NCBI RefSeq assembly: GCF_964194025.1
Contig: NC_134478.1
Span: forward strand, 9,858,001 to 9,922,000
Reading direction: 5' to 3'
Source of the DNA: Convolutriloba macropyga
Taxonomy: Eukaryota
DNA length: 64,000 nucleotides
In this document: in pieces, positions 36,835-50,898 of the stretch
How positions within the stretch are numbered: position 1 is the first letter of the stretch
Layout of the letters: each line of letters opens with the position of its first letter
Notes under the pieces: generated by a model
Told to the model about the DNA's origin: nothing
Database searches by the model: none
What the model saw: the letters and a program-made list of their open reading frames with translations, nothing else
Program-made: the position numbers and the translations under genes

Positions 36835-37180
36835 CTGATTGGTCATAAGGCTTTGACTTATTGCTCATTTGAGAGGCTGTTCTAGATTGTTGCTGAGTAG
36901 GAACTGCCCTGTCACTAAATTTGACAGCTGCTGTAGTCCCTACAGACGACAGAATAGCCGGCCGTCTCTCCCGATCTGTTCTCGCCGTGGTCATTTCATC
37001 GCCTCCAACTGCAATTGAAGCAACGCTGCTGTCCTTCACTGCACTTTTGGCAGTTTCTCGGTTCGATGCTGGTACTGGTGGCTTCCGATTGCTCCCTTTA
37101 ATTATCTGTTTTGAAGCTGGTTTTGATTTCGGTTTGGGTTTTGGTTCTGGACGCTGTTGTTCAGCTGTTGGGCGGGACCC
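36835..37180 (-). CDS. Internal exon, low-complexity P/K/S-rich peptide (GSRPTAEQQRPEPKPKPKSKPASKQ...SKPYDQS)
   Basis: ccattttag| acceptor, CAG|gtattt donor, 346 bp open, GC-richer than flanks. Confidence 0.7.
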
Positions 37181-37730
37181 CTAAAATGGAATCAAATTTA
37201 ATTTGTCAAAAATGCTAAAGTTGTACAGGTATAGCTCTTAAACACAAACTGCGCAAAAAGTTTTTGGAATACTGAGAAAATGAATATCGATAAAACAGTA
37301 AAGATGGAGTGCTAAAATTGACCAGCCAGCAGTGATTTAAAAACAATCAAATGTCCTTATAATGATTGAGCTATAACTACAAAAAATACGTCACTGATTA
37401 TTTTCTGAACTAAGCAGACTGGATATCCAAAAAAATAGCATACAGTGATTCTCGAAACACCGACTCCAACTTAACTAAATTAAAGATATTTTCCTAGAAA
37501 CCCATTCCTGTTTTGAAAATAACGTGTGAAACATTGTTGTGAAACAAAAAAAAATAACTAGACAGGAAGGCATAAACAATTTTGCAATATTCAAACATAA
37601 CCGACTAACGTCGGAAGAATTGCTCACGAACGACTAGTGGGAGCTCTAATCAATTGCAGCCTGCTTCAGTCAGGGGGGGCTGAAGTCACTAGGGGCTTCG
37701 AATAACATCATTAGAGGTTAACATATACCA

Positions 37731-37918
37731 GGATCTTTTCCGTTTGTGCCCCCCAGCTTAGTGAGCGCATATTATTTGCCCCCCCCCCCCGACGCACGTG
37801 CAATATTTTTAGATGATGATTTATTGATGAATTTATATGATGAGTTACTATGTAATGACACGAGCTCTGTAACTGGGGGGTAAATAGCGAACTGGGGAAG
37901 CACAAAAGGAAAAGATCC
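37731..37918. mobile_element. MITE (188 bp), TSD ATATACCA
   Basis: TIR ggatcttttcc / ggaaaagatcc, perfect 8-bp TSD. Confidence 0.92.
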
Positions 37919-38104
37919 ATATACCACTATAAAGATTTAAAGTGAAAAAATGGGCGCACTTATCATTTGAAATTTAGTATTAAACTTCCGCCAAATGAGT
38001 TCAGCTGCTTGAAAATATGAATGAGAAAGAAGCTTAGATCACGCAAAACAGAGAAAGTCAAGCGGAAAAGTCACTCGAAAAGTCAAAACACGGTCAAGCA
38101 AAAT

Positions 38105-38685
38105 TTTTGCAAACGACCTTTTAACCTTGAATAATACCATCAATTCTTACTTACTATAAATTACAATGTTATCTACTTTTAAAGCCCATTGTTCCAAAAG
38201 AGAAGTAAACGTTCGAAAACAAAATTTGAATTTCAAGTCACGACTTCAGCTGAAAAACAAGATTACAGGAAACGACTCAAAGAATCGTGCAAAAAACTCT
38301 TCTCTAACGCTGACTATTTCAGAAATAAGAGAGAATTCAAAACAACAAACAGCGTGAAAAAATCAATTTTGGGATAGAAATGTGGGCAGGTAGGTGGGGG
38401 GGCATTTGGAGGCGGGGTAGTTATGGTGAGGGGTTAGGTGTTTGTGTGTGCGTGTGAGTGTGGTGGGGGGGGGGGGTAGTTTAGACAGGTTGGAGGGACT
38501 TATATGGGATCAACAATTCGCAAAATGACCTTTTAACCTTGAATATTACCATCAGTTCTTAATTACTATACATTACAAACTAAGCTACTTTTAAAATCCA
38601 GTGTTCGAAAACAGAAATCAACGTTCTAAAATAGAAGTCAGCGTTCGAAAACAAAAGTCAAATTTCAAGTCACGACTTCAGCTTT
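38105..38685. repeat. Diverged ~150-bp direct repeats (about 38105-38252 and 38516-38683) flanking a G-rich tract
   Basis: gaccttttaaccttgaata.taccatca...tttcaagtcacgacttcagct present twice. Confidence 0.75.
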
Positions 38686-39388
38686 AAAAAATCTGTAGAA
38701 TCTATGCTCCTCTTCGAGTCGTAAAAACCTGTAGAATACAAATACTCCTCTTCGAGTCTTAAAAAGAAACAATTGCTTCTCTTCGAGAGATATTAAAAAC
38801 CTAAACTTTGCTAAAGTATGGATTGTTCACATTCGAATTGAGTTTGCAAGAAATACATTTCAAAAAAATTTCCTAGAAAAATTTTAAGCCCCATTATATT
38901 TCGACGTTCTATTTTCTCTCGAAAATTGCAATTAATTTTTTTCTCTCAAAAAATGAAAAAAAGTTAAAATAAATCATAAGTGATAGAATAAAAATAAATT
39001 TTTCTTTTGCTTTGAGACTACTGGGAGATCAAACAGTAACGCAATAGTAACAGAAAGATGTTTCATCCCTGCAAAATCATGTATTGACATAAAACGAGAA
39101 GAAAATCAAAAATTTTAAACAGTTGCTGATAAAGCTACTTAAAATCATAAAATTTACCTACCAGTGGTCCCAGAAAATTTTTTCACCAAAACCAGATAAA
39201 TTGAACATCAATGTGGTATGAACAGTAAGAGTATATGCTAGAAATCGTCAAGCGCAGGTTATATTATCCCTCTTCTCTAAGCGAAAAGCAAAATAATGTC
39301 ATTCAAAATTTTTATTTATGAATGTACAATTTGGCATTATTTACATGGATGTATACTATTTAGAGCAAAATTATTAACATACTTATTT

Positions 39389-40443
39389 TTATACATGTGC
39401 TAATTGGTTTATATATTCAGCAAATAATTCCATTCCTTTAAAATACTGAAACTGATCCAATTTTTCATTTTGTGAATGAGTAGCGTCATCGCAGAGGCCC
39501 ATTGGTATCATAATAACATTTTTGCCCAACGCTTCTTGGAAGTAGAGCGTAACTGGGACTGTCCCCCCGTCTCGGATCAAATCTGGCTCGACCCCGAAAA
39601 TCTTTTTGACAGCAATTCGAGCGGCTTTGTATTGGGGACCGTTAAAATCCGAAACCCACGCTTTCACGCCATGATCTAACACGACTTCTAATTTATTGCA
39701 ACTTTCTATTTTCAAAAACTCGTTTTCTAGATAAGATTTCACAAGATGTTCAACTTTGTCAAGCTCCATGTTTGGAACTAATCGGATTGAAAATTTGCCG
39801 GTTACTTTTTTGGGAATTACGGTTTTACACCCAGAATCGTTAAACGCGCCCTCAATTCCATGAATTGACAATGACGGATAACGCCACAAACCCATAGCCA
39901 ATTCTTCCTTAGAATCATGAATTAATTTAGGAGCGCTGATATCTCTTCTGAACTGTTCAGGATCAAATTCCAGGCTAGAGTACACTTTTTCTTCATCTTC
40001 TGTTAATGGAACAACCGAATCATAAATTCCAGGAATTAAAATATGGCCTTGAGAATCGACCAATTTTGACATCAAGGTCATAAGGTCAACCATGGCCTCT
40101 GAAACTGCGCCTCCGTAAACACCAGAATGTAGATCTTTTTTGGCGCATTGAACAGAAACAAAAAAGTAAGCCATACCTCTTGCTCCATATGCCAAACAGG
40201 GTTTTTGGGTCCCCAACCACTCGTTGTCCGAGATACAAACATAATCAACGTCTTTCAGAAATTTATCTTTCTCATCGTGAATTAATTTCTCAAGTCCAAC
40301 AGATCCGCATTCTTCCATACCTTCAAAAATGAACTTGATATTGACGGGAATTTCGACGTCGCTTTTTTGGAATGCTTCGATAACATTGAGCCATGCAAGA
40401 GCTGGACCTTTGTCGTCAGAAGCTCCCCGGCCGAACATCCGGC
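39389..40443 (-). CDS. CNDP2: M20 family cytosolic non-specific dipeptidase (carnosinase-2-like), exon 2
   Basis: GRGASDDKGP, FEGMEECGS, ISDNEW, DLHSGVYGG, RYPSLSIHGIEGAF, GKFSIRLVP, HSQNEK; ctag|GC acceptor in phase with exon 1. Confidence 0.93.
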
Positions 40444-41514
40444 CTAGATAATTTCGCAAGCACAACATTACGTAAAGTAAGAACTTGACTTAATGAGTTT
40501 TAATGTGAAAGCCTACATGAATTTGAGGTTAGGAACTTTTAAACTATTCTGGCTTATTTTGTCAAGTTAATTGTGGCCAACCGATGCCTCTTTTTGGAGA
40601 TGACTAGAAGTGAAATCATCAAAAAGTGATTCTAAGCGAAAAAATGAAAAAGAATTGATTTCATTGTTGAAGAGACGTTACTAATGTTCTGGTTTCTTCC
40701 GCAACGATTGAGGGCTACATTTTGTGCAAAATGTTCAATTTTCCCTCCTTTACAAGCTTCAATTTTTTCAACAGCAAAAAATTTAATTGACAATTAACTT
40801 GGTTAACATAACGGTGGTTATCAATACAACCGATTAACAGTTTATGAATCACATTTCATCAGTCTTTTTCATTTTTCAACAAGTAAAATGATTGCTTTTA
40901 TTCTCCCCGCTTTGTAACAATTTTGTATCAAAAAGAAAAGCTGCGCCTTTTATCACCTTTGTCGTATATATTGACATCTTAAACGGTTTCCACTCATCAT
41001 AATTCAAAACGGCGAATCCATCCTCAAATTTTGCTGAAATCAACTTATTTTAGTAGTTTCTTTTAATAAAAGAAAAGCTGCTTGAAACAGCGCTCTTCAA
41101 TGGTGCGTTTTCATCAAGAATGCTATTTTGACTGGGAAGAGAAACATTGAAAAATTGTTTTTATTTATAGCCCGATCTTTGTATTTGCAATACTGCATCT
41201 TTCTACCAAATAAACGAGCTTCAAATTCGAACGCATTATTTCTTCACGAAACTTTTATCCCTCACATTAAAAATATACTTCAAATGAAGCTATGCAATTC
41301 GTCCTAAAACAGTGAAAACTTTTACTGATAAATGAAAATTTTTAGCTTTTTGATGGGAATTTTGTTTGTTACTAGCCTGTCATTCCAGTGTAAAACCGCA
41401 CATAATTTCTACTTCAGAAAAACTTCAATATTTAACAACCACAAACATTTTTATAGACTACCATTATATTCTATGCTATGCTGCTATTAAGCGCAATGTT
41501 ACTCATTATATGAC

Positions 41515-41881
41515 CTTTGTCATCGATGGACAGTTTGAACGGGTTCGTTTTCCATCCATCAGAAATCAAAGCGGGCTGAACATCCACGTGACCATAAAGA
41601 CAAACAGTCTTTTTATTCGCGTCATTTCCAATTTGCCCGAATAAAACCGGAGGCAGCGGGATAACTTCGTCTGCAGTTTCTTGGAATCCGATGTCTTTTA
41701 TAATGGTATTCGCTCCCAGTTTATCCCATTCTGTTTTTGCGATATTGACCATACGAATAACGTCAGGTCGTAACTTGGGGTTTGACGACACGCTTGGAAT
41801 TGAAACCCACTCTTTGAGCCTTTTCAAGTAAGTATCACTGTTTTCTCTGATGTATCGTCTAACATCAGAAATATCGGCCAT
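41515..41881 (-). CDS. CNDP2: M20 dipeptidase exon 1; spliced CDS 1422 nt, 473 aa
   Basis: LKEWVSIPSVS, PLPPVLFG, KKTVCLYGHVDVQPA, DGWKTNPF; AAAG|gtcata donor. Confidence 0.93.
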
Positions 41882-44800
41882 TGTTGAAATTTTTCTATGT
41901 TATAACTTAGTATCTGAAACTGCCAAATTAGATATTGAACTGTATATAAACGTTTTAATCAGTAAGCAAGTTTATTATATTACGAAATTAAACTGTCAGA
42001 AAAAACTGGCAAAAAACAAAAGCTTGACCAATTCTGCTCTAGTGAACTATTGCAGTATGTAAGTGTCAACTGAAAGAGTTAGATAAGTTCATTAAGGCCT
42101 CCATAGGAAGTCATTGGGACCAGTAATTATTTAGAATATGCCATACGACTACAGAAACCATCAACTATAGGCAGAAATAATAAATTTGAATACAATTTGC
42201 GAGAAAGGTGTCGATGCCATTAACAAGGTAACCTATTCACTGAAAAGCTTATATATGTAAACTTTTGCTTCACTTCACAAAGTCATTAATATGACTCAGC
42301 TACAAGATGACAGAAATAAGGTTTAAAAGGTCGCGAATTTCAAAATTTCACATATCATTTTTCAACACAATTACATTCAAAGTCATAAGAGCCATTAGTT
42401 AGAACAAAACCAATATACAGAATATTTTTTTCGTGAGAAAGAAGATGGGACCAGCCATAAATGAGACTAAGGTACAAGTTGACAGACATATTGTTAAAAA
42501 GGTGGCAAAGAACAAAAAATCGATTATAATTTTTTGAAAGAAATTTATTCAAAGACATCAGAGCCATTAGGTATCAATTCAAAAAATACTGCATAGTTTC
42601 AAATAAACCCCTTTAGATAGCGAACTACACCGTTAATTAGTGAGACTGTCATAAGGCTAAAAAAACACAAATGCTGGTAAACTAATAAAAAATTTCATTA
42701 AGAAATTACGAAAACACTACTTTGTCGGAACCATAAAACCATGGGCTTTGCTCCAAAATTAAAACAGTTTTGTTCATTGGGCCTCACTTTTTAACCTCTG
42801 AATGAAAACAGACCGATCTGTGGAATGTATAAATATGCAAAAAGGTTTCAAAAATGACAATGCCTCAATACAATCCGATTCCTTTTTCATTGTAAAATAC
42901 ACGACGAGGCCAAAACTGGCCTTGCTATCGCTGAGTGTTTGTTAAAAACGCATTTGTTCCAATTAGTTGCGTAAAAGATTATTCGGCAGACGGAATTCTG
43001 AATACATAACAAAAAAGGATATTTTTTGCTAAAAATCGATTTAAATTAGCGAACGGCAGGAAAATGTTAGTACCAGAACACTTTCTCAGGAAACAGATAA
43101 AAATGCCTTCCACTGAAAAAACAAGGATTATGTCAGCAGTTATTATGTCTGTACTATCGGTAAATTTGGACAAAGTAGGAAAGTAAGCTAAAGAAGCATA
43201 GTTGGTGCCCTCTTTTATGAAAAATGCTCAATTTTCAAAGAATAAGCCAAAAATTTAGTTAAAAGAATCGGCTCAAAGAACTCAGGAACTCTTTTTTATC
43301 TTTCGACGTAAAACTAATAACACTATCGTCTACAACTTTTATCATATTTTAATTAAAATTGATCAAAAATTGAGCATAAATTACAAAAATGCGAACAACA
43401 CAAAGGAAATGAGGCCAAAGTTCACCATAAATTAAACCTCGATAAATCCACGGAACATATGAAGTCAAAAAAATCTAAATTTGATATTCTACGCTTGATA
43501 AGCTTTCTAATAATACCACTCACAACTGCAAAAATTGACTGAACAAAAACAACCTAATTCCTTCTCCCAACTAAGATTTTTTACCCTCAAAATAGGCGAA
43601 TAAGATATTCTAAGCAAGTCATAAACAGAACTCACAACGCATGTGTATTTCATTAGCACTCAGTCAAATTCAGATATAATTGACCAACAGTAGCAAGAAC
43701 ACGATTCTGACCTGAAACCTAAAGGCCGAACCCTTTATCTTAATGATTTTTGTCATCAATAATAAACAAAAAATATAAACCTTTTTAAACCAGATTTTTC
43801 ACTGTTGTTTAGAAAAGAACGTGGTAAAAAAAATGAACGATCAAAATGCTGGATCTAAAATCAAATAAGAGTGCTGAGATGACACTAAAAATAATCGTAT
43901 ATGAAAGAAAAACAAAGAAATAGGCGGTGAACTGAAAAGCAGCATACAACAAAAAGCTTTTGGACGACAATAGCACAATTGAACGAATAGATATAAGAAT
44001 CAGCACATGCTGTTCTTATTGCAGCAAATGCTCCAAAAAAAGTTGTTTACATATAATAAGAACAAGCTCGATTTCAATATGATAGCTGAATTTCGAGATT
44101 GCAAACCACCTCAGGGTTACAAAAAAGACGACTAGCCGAAACTCTGCGCGGCAAAATACGCCTCAAGGTGGTCAAAAACTTCGTTGTATTCGGAGTTGCG
44201 AATTTTTCAGACTGTCAGTTGTTCGAAGCTCAAAATGAAGCATTTTTTTGCATCATTGAACAATTTTTGTAATTTGCATTTCAGAACCATTATGTTAATA
44301 TAATTTTAGCAGACGAAAAACCAATTGCTGGTCAATTATTTTGCTATGAATATCTGATTTTCCCAGAGTCTTACAGTTCAAAAAGAGCACAAAATTAAAA
44401 TTTGACGTTAAAAGAAAAAATGAAATAAAAATTGCATTAGAATATTGTTTGAAGTTCTATTTTGGGTAAGTAATAAGTTAAATTCAAGTTATTTTTTTTT
44501 CAAGTGTACTATATCCGCAAAATTATGACATTACAATTTAAAGCGAACCAAAAAAGAGATTTTCTTCTTTTTAAAGTTTTACAAATCGAAAATGTAATTT
44601 TCTACATAATTTTTTAGTTGAAAACAGACGTTTTTGTATATCAATTAATTCAAGATGGTGGATTTTGGTGTATGTTGAATTCATGTTTTAATAATTTTTC
44701 CTTCAATTGGAGATATTAAAAAGTCAACGAAGCATCAGACGAGAAGAAGAGAGCATTTTTGAAACACAATTTGTTTTTAATTAAATTTATTTTTTTTCTG

Positions 44801-46559
44801 ATGTTGTTTCAAAGTTTCTATATCTAATCAGTGGAATGAAACCAACACTACTCCGTCAAATGGAGAACAAAAAAAATTTGTATGTCATTGTAAAAAATTT
44901 GTTTTTTTTTCATTAATTGAATTAGTCAAATTGAATGTACTGCGAAAATCCATTGGCTCGGACATCAAGCTAATTGGAATGCCAATCTGAATGGGTCCAA
45001 CTGGACATGACGAGCCTTAAAGAAAAATTGAGCGTCTAAAGTCAGAGAAAGTTAAAAAAGAAAAATATTCAGCTTGCAGTTTCTTTTCTCATGTTTTCAA
45101 TTAAGCTTTAAGCACCTCTGCTAAATTTCTTATATGTCGATTTTCAAATGAACTATCAGATGTGCGCTTAGCGTAAGTGCACCCAGAATTTTTTTCCTTG
45201 AATTTCGTTTGATCTCTATAATAGCACGTTCCCGAAGAGAGAAAAATCACCATAAGGATGAGTTAAGTTCTTCAATTTTGATTTGTCTTTTCCTAATTGT
45301 CTGGAAAAAATGTTTGATTTATTTTTCGTGTCCAAAATTGCTCAATTGGATTGGGCTAAAAGTGAAAAATTTCAGAGAAAAGAACTATACGGTACCAAAG
45401 TGTTTAGCTAATAGCTTTAGAGTTGAAAGGAAATAAGAAAGAAATTATAAAGTTTTCGTTTCTTTTTCCAATTATAAAGCCTTAGCGTCTTTCGTTCAAG
45501 TGGATTCTATTTCAACTTTTTATCACGTTTTTCTGTATTCCTTACATCAGAAAGACGTTGAACTGACAAATGTTTTTTTTTTAAAAAAACATCCTTATAT
45601 GGCAATAACGAATTTGGCCTATGAAATTTTTAATTTGATTTTTAATTATATTTTTATTTGTCTTCTGAATGCACAAGTTTTGAAAAAAGTAAAAAGAAGG
45701 TTGCTTTGTTGTGCTAAAGGAACAACAACATAACCAAAAAATAGAGAAATTGCCGCCGTTGATCCCCTTTGAGCACATCCGGATTAAAACCCGAAACAGA
45801 AATAAGAAGAGATAAATTTTGACTGAATTTTTTACGTGTCAAAGTGTTCTAATTTGATGTGCAGTTTCAATTAAGTTCTATGAAAAATGATCTTCAAAAT
45901 TGCAATATATTCAGCAAATACCAATTTCAGCTGGCAATCGCTCTAATGAACTTTGATAACCTAATGCACTATGTCTTAAAACAGGGTTTTCTGTTTGTCT
46001 CATTTTTGATTTTGCTCTTTTTACCTTTACCATATTCACTACCTTGCGTAATTCTTTGAGTGAAATAAATCAACATTAATTCAGTTGAAACAGTGAGTGA
46101 GGTAAGTCAGGAGTCGAACGTAAAAATCGTGAGTTTCATAAACCGATAAATGCGATCGAAAGACAAAACGAAATAAAAAACATAGCATGACAAGTCGAGA
46201 CACAATTCAAAGAATTTTATTTTGATTAGACAAAATCATACATTGAATGGACAACAAATGATCGAGAAAACCACTTTGAAAAGGGTATGTTATAAAAATT
46301 GAAAAGTCAAAGTCAAATTGCCGCATGTGAACAAAAAATCACAACCGAGAATGCGAATTGTTGTTAAGACATCGTTTTCTCACTCCTTGAAATTGCAGTG
46401 AGAAATTCACGACGCAAAACCCCTCTTATCGGCCTCGGTCACCGAGTCTTGGCAAATCTTGTTTCCCATGCAATTGTTCCCCTCAAAACGCAAACATACT
46501 TTTCCTCGACAAAAATAATGTATGTCATTAAAATCTAGCATAATGTTATCTCGATAAAT

Positions 46560-46960
46560 TCCTGCTTTAATGCAAAAAATGGCATTAGACAGCGCTATAC
46601 TACCATTGATGCTCTCACTGAATTTTTTGAGAAGATTCCTCCTAAATATTAATGGAAATTTGACTAGTTTTTGTCCATGGAATTAAAAAGCTTTTGATAC
46701 AGTTGAACACGGTATCATTCATAAAAAATACTATGAATGTCGTTCGAGAGGTATTAGCCTTTTTTGAATAATACAAAGCAGAAAGAAACAAAACAACGCG
46801 TTAAAGTAAATGAGGTCATGGGTGAAAACGAATCCTAGGGTTTCGCAAGGTTTAATTCTGGGTGTGTTATTGTTCCGCATACAAATAAATACCTTCAACT
46901 ATTATGTCGTTCCACAAAAATAATGATATTTGCTGAAGACATTAACGTAACAGGCATCAT
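46560..46960 (+). pseudogene. Highly decayed LINE reverse-transcriptase fragment
   Basis: Remnants KAFDTVEH (about 46686), G.SQGLILG.LLF (about 46838), IFAED (about 46927). Confidence 0.6.
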
Positions 46961-47044
46961 AACTAACGCAAAAAATAAAACAAAAAACTTCCTTTTCAAA
47001 AAATTCACTGTGCACTAAAGTCATCCAAATTCAGCCTCTTTGCA

Positions 47045-47282
47045 AGTGATCAGTTCTTTTGAGAAAATAGATAAATTTCAGAACATTTCTTGGGAAGGTA
47101 GATAGAGCGCAATGCATAAAATAGAGCATCCTTACACCAAAACACCAGACATAATAGTAGGGTTGACCTTTCTTACTACTTAGTCGGGTGTTTTGGTGTA
47201 CGAGTGCTTTCGCTTTAATGCGCTGCGCTCTATCTACCTTCCCAAAAAGTATTCTGATATTTATTTATTTTCTCTGATCACT
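47045..47282. mobile_element. ~240-bp palindromic (foldback) MITE; left-truncated duplicate at 48992-49199
   Basis: gggaaggtagatagagcgca...acaccaaaacacc pairs with ggtgttttggtgt...tgcgctctatctaccttccc; outer agtgatcag / ctgatcact. Confidence 0.8.
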
Positions 47283-50200
47283 GCGACAAAACAAATTTAC
47301 ATTGAATTGTCCACTGTCTATGAGTTAAATGTGTGAGCGCTACTCAAGTTTTTCTGTTTTCTCTAAAATACGGAAATTTGAATCTTTTTGTCTACATCCG
47401 ATTGTTCCAAGAGTACGAGAAAATCAACAATAATCTACTTCGTGAGCGACTCTTTAAGCATACTATTCAAATCCAATATAATTCCTTCACACGAACTAAA
47501 ACTCTCAATTATTATTATTGATATTATTATTATTGTAAAGAATTTAATGATCTAAAAATCATAAACGACACTGTCCCGTTTCAGTTCAGTTTACGTCAGG
47601 CATTCAAAAGTCTACAGTTTTTGAGATTGCAGTCACAGGCCATTCGCCATGTACATGAGTCCAATTCAATGTAGCACTGCTCAAAGTGTCTCCACGTCCA
47701 TTGGAGTATATTACTCTACGCGTCCATGTCGGTTATCTTGATGAGGTTGGATAATTGGTTCGCTAATTGTTGAGAACGAAACCAGAAGTTTTGTTCCGCA
47801 ACAGCGAGCACTGGTCTGTGGCATTCGTACGTACGGTTTTTAGCCGACCGAGTAATAGAGCCGGCATCATGATGCTTCAGATTAACAAAGCAGAAATTGC
47901 AGTGAAGAAATTGTACTTTTTGCGAAAAAAAGGCCAAGTAACTGTAAACAACATGGTACAGGGAGGAAATTCAACTTCACTAAAACAGACTTGTAGTCAG
48001 CTTGTCGAAGGACCCATTTACAAGCTTTTCTCTGAATGCGCTCGACAAAATTATACCTTCAACGTTAGGGTAGTAATCAACCGACGAGTAAGTAATAATG
48101 CGCAGTATCATGCTCTTGTAATAAATAAGCTTGTTTCTACAGTTTAAATAATATGGTGTATTGCGCTTGAGCACATAAAGAAAATTCAAGCCTTTCGAGG
48201 CTCTTTGCTTCAAATGAGGGATCCAGTTAAGATTGTTGCTAACGATTACGCCTAGGTATTTTTCTTGGTTTGAATGTTCTAGAGAATGACCATCAAGATA
48301 TAACTTTCATTGCTCGTGCTACTGATTGATAACTGCGCATATTTGTCTAGATTGCAAGTCATTCTATTCTGTTCTCAACGCTCCATTGGTGTCATTAGAT
48401 GTCATTTAATTAATCCTGGAAGTTTAATCCACCATTTCTAAGAAATATAAATTTTACGTCATCGGCAAAGAGAAGAGGTTCAGAGAGGCAACAAAGAGTA
48501 GGTAAATCATTAATAAATCCAGTGAGCAGTAACAAAGATAAAATATACCCTTGAGGAACACCACTGCCAGCAATAAAGGAAGATGAAACACAGTTTTCTA
48601 CGTTTGCACATTGAGATCGATGTGGGAGGTATCATTCAAGTAGTTTTAAAAGTTTCCCCGAATACCTGTTCCATGCAGTTGTGTTAGAAGCCCATGATTG
48701 ACACGATCGAAGGCCTTTCCGAAGTCAGTGTAAACTATATCGATTTGTTTATGTTGCAAACAGCCTTGTAGTTTTTGTCGAGATATACTACAAGATTCAC
48801 TGCACAAGAGCAACCTCTTCGAAAACCAAATTGGCTGTTGTGGAGATAGGGTTTGTAGTGGGGATATAAATTGCAAAACACGCAAAACTCTAGGACCTTT
48901 TCAGAAGTGCTTAATAAAGATACCAGTCGGTAATATTCAACGTTCACTTTATTTCCCTTTTTGATAATTGAAGTGAAAACAGCACTTAAACTTCAGAACA
49001 TTTCATGCGAAGGTAGATAGAGCGCAATGCATAAAAAGTAGAGCATCCTTACACCAAAACACCAGACTGAATAGTAGGGTTGATCTTTCTTACTACTTAG
49101 TCTGGTGTTTTGGTGAACGAGTGCTTTAGCTTCAATGCGCTGCGCTCTATCTACCTTCCCAAAAAGTATTCTGATATTTATTTATTTTCTCTGATCACTG
49201 CGACAAAGTTAATTTACATTAAATTGTCCACTGTCTATGACTTAAATGTGTGAGCGCTCCTCAACTTTTTATGTTTTCTCAAAAATACGGAAATTTGAAT
49301 CTTTTTGTCTACATCCGATTGTTCCAAGAGTACGAGAAAATCAACATTAATCTACTTCGTGAGCGACTCTTTAAGCATACTATTCAAATCCAAAATAATT
49401 CCTTCACACGAATAAAAATTCTCATTTATTATTATTATTATTATTGTAAAGGATTTAATGATCTAAAAATTATAAACGACACTGTCCCGTTTCAGTTCAG
49501 TTTACGTCAGGCAATCAAAAGTCTACAGTTTTTAAGATTGCAGTCACAGGCCATTCGCCATGTACATGAGTCCAATTCAATGTAGCACTGCTCAAAGTGT
49601 CTCCACGTCCATTGGAGTATATTACTCTACGCGTCCATGTCGGTTATCTTGATGAGGTTGGATAATTGGTTCGCTAATTGTTGAGAACGAAACCAGAAGT
49701 TTTGTTCCGCAACAGCGAGCACTGGTCTGTGGCATTCGTACGTACGGTTTTTAGCCGACCGAGTAATAGAGCCGTCAACATGAATCTTCAGATTAACAAA
49801 GCAGAAATTGCAGCGAAGAAATTGTACTTTTGGCGAAAAAAAAGGCCAAGTAACTGTAAACAACATGGTACAGGGAGGATATTCAACTTCACTAAAACAG
49901 ACTTGTAGCCAACTTGTCGAAGGATCCATTTAGAAGCTTTTCTCTGAATGCGCTTGACTAAATTATACCTTTAACGTTAGGGTAGTAATCAACCGACGAG
50001 TAAGTAATAATGCGCATTATCATGCTCTTGTACTAATTAAGCTTGTTTCTATAGCTTAAATAAAATGGTGTATTGCGCTTGAGCACTTAAAGAAAATTCA
50101 AGCCTTTCGAGGCTCTTTGCTTCAAATGAGGGATCCAGTTAAGATTGTTGCTAACGATTACGCCTAGGTATTTTCCTTGGTTTGAATGTTCTAGACAATG

Positions 50201-50898
50201 ACCATCAAGATATAACTTTCATTGCTCGTGCTACTGATTGATAACTGCGCATATTTGTCTAGCTTGCAAGACATTCTGTTCTCAACGCTCCATTGGTGTC
50301 ATTAGATGTCATTTAATTAATCCTGGAAGTTTAATCCACTATTTCTATGAAATATAAATTTTGCGTCATCGGCAAAGAGAAGAGGTTCAGAGAGGCAACA
50401 AAGAGTAGGTAAATCATTAATAAATCCAGTGAGCAGTAACAAAGATAAAATATACCCTTGAGGAACACCACTGCCAGCAATAAAGGAAGATGAAACACAG
50501 TTTTCTACGTTTGCACATTGAGATCGATGTGGGAGGTAACATTCAAGTAGTTTTAAAAGTTTCCCCGAATACCTGTTCTATGCAGTTGTGTTAGGAGAAG
50601 CCCAAGACTGACACGATCGAAGGCCTTTCCGAAGTCAGTGTAAACTATATCGATTTGTTTATGTTGCAAACAGCCTTGTAGTTTTTGTCGAGATATACTA
50701 CAAGATTCACTGCACAAGAGCAACCTCTTCGAAAACCAAATTGGCTGTTGTGGAGATAGGGTTTGTAGTGGGGATATAAATTGCAAAACACGCAAAGTTC
50801 TAGGACCTCTTCAGCAGTGCTTAATAAGGATACCAGTCGGTAACTTTCAACGTTCGCTTTATTTCCCTTTTTGATAAATGAAGTGACAACACAGCACT
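47077..50898. repeat. Tandem duplication of ~1.91 kb (47077-48987 / 48992-50898) covering the LINE 3' part and ~430 bp of its flank
   Basis: Paired ORFs 47333/49250, 47767/49678, 48646/50553; same disabling lesions in both copies. Confidence 0.95.
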
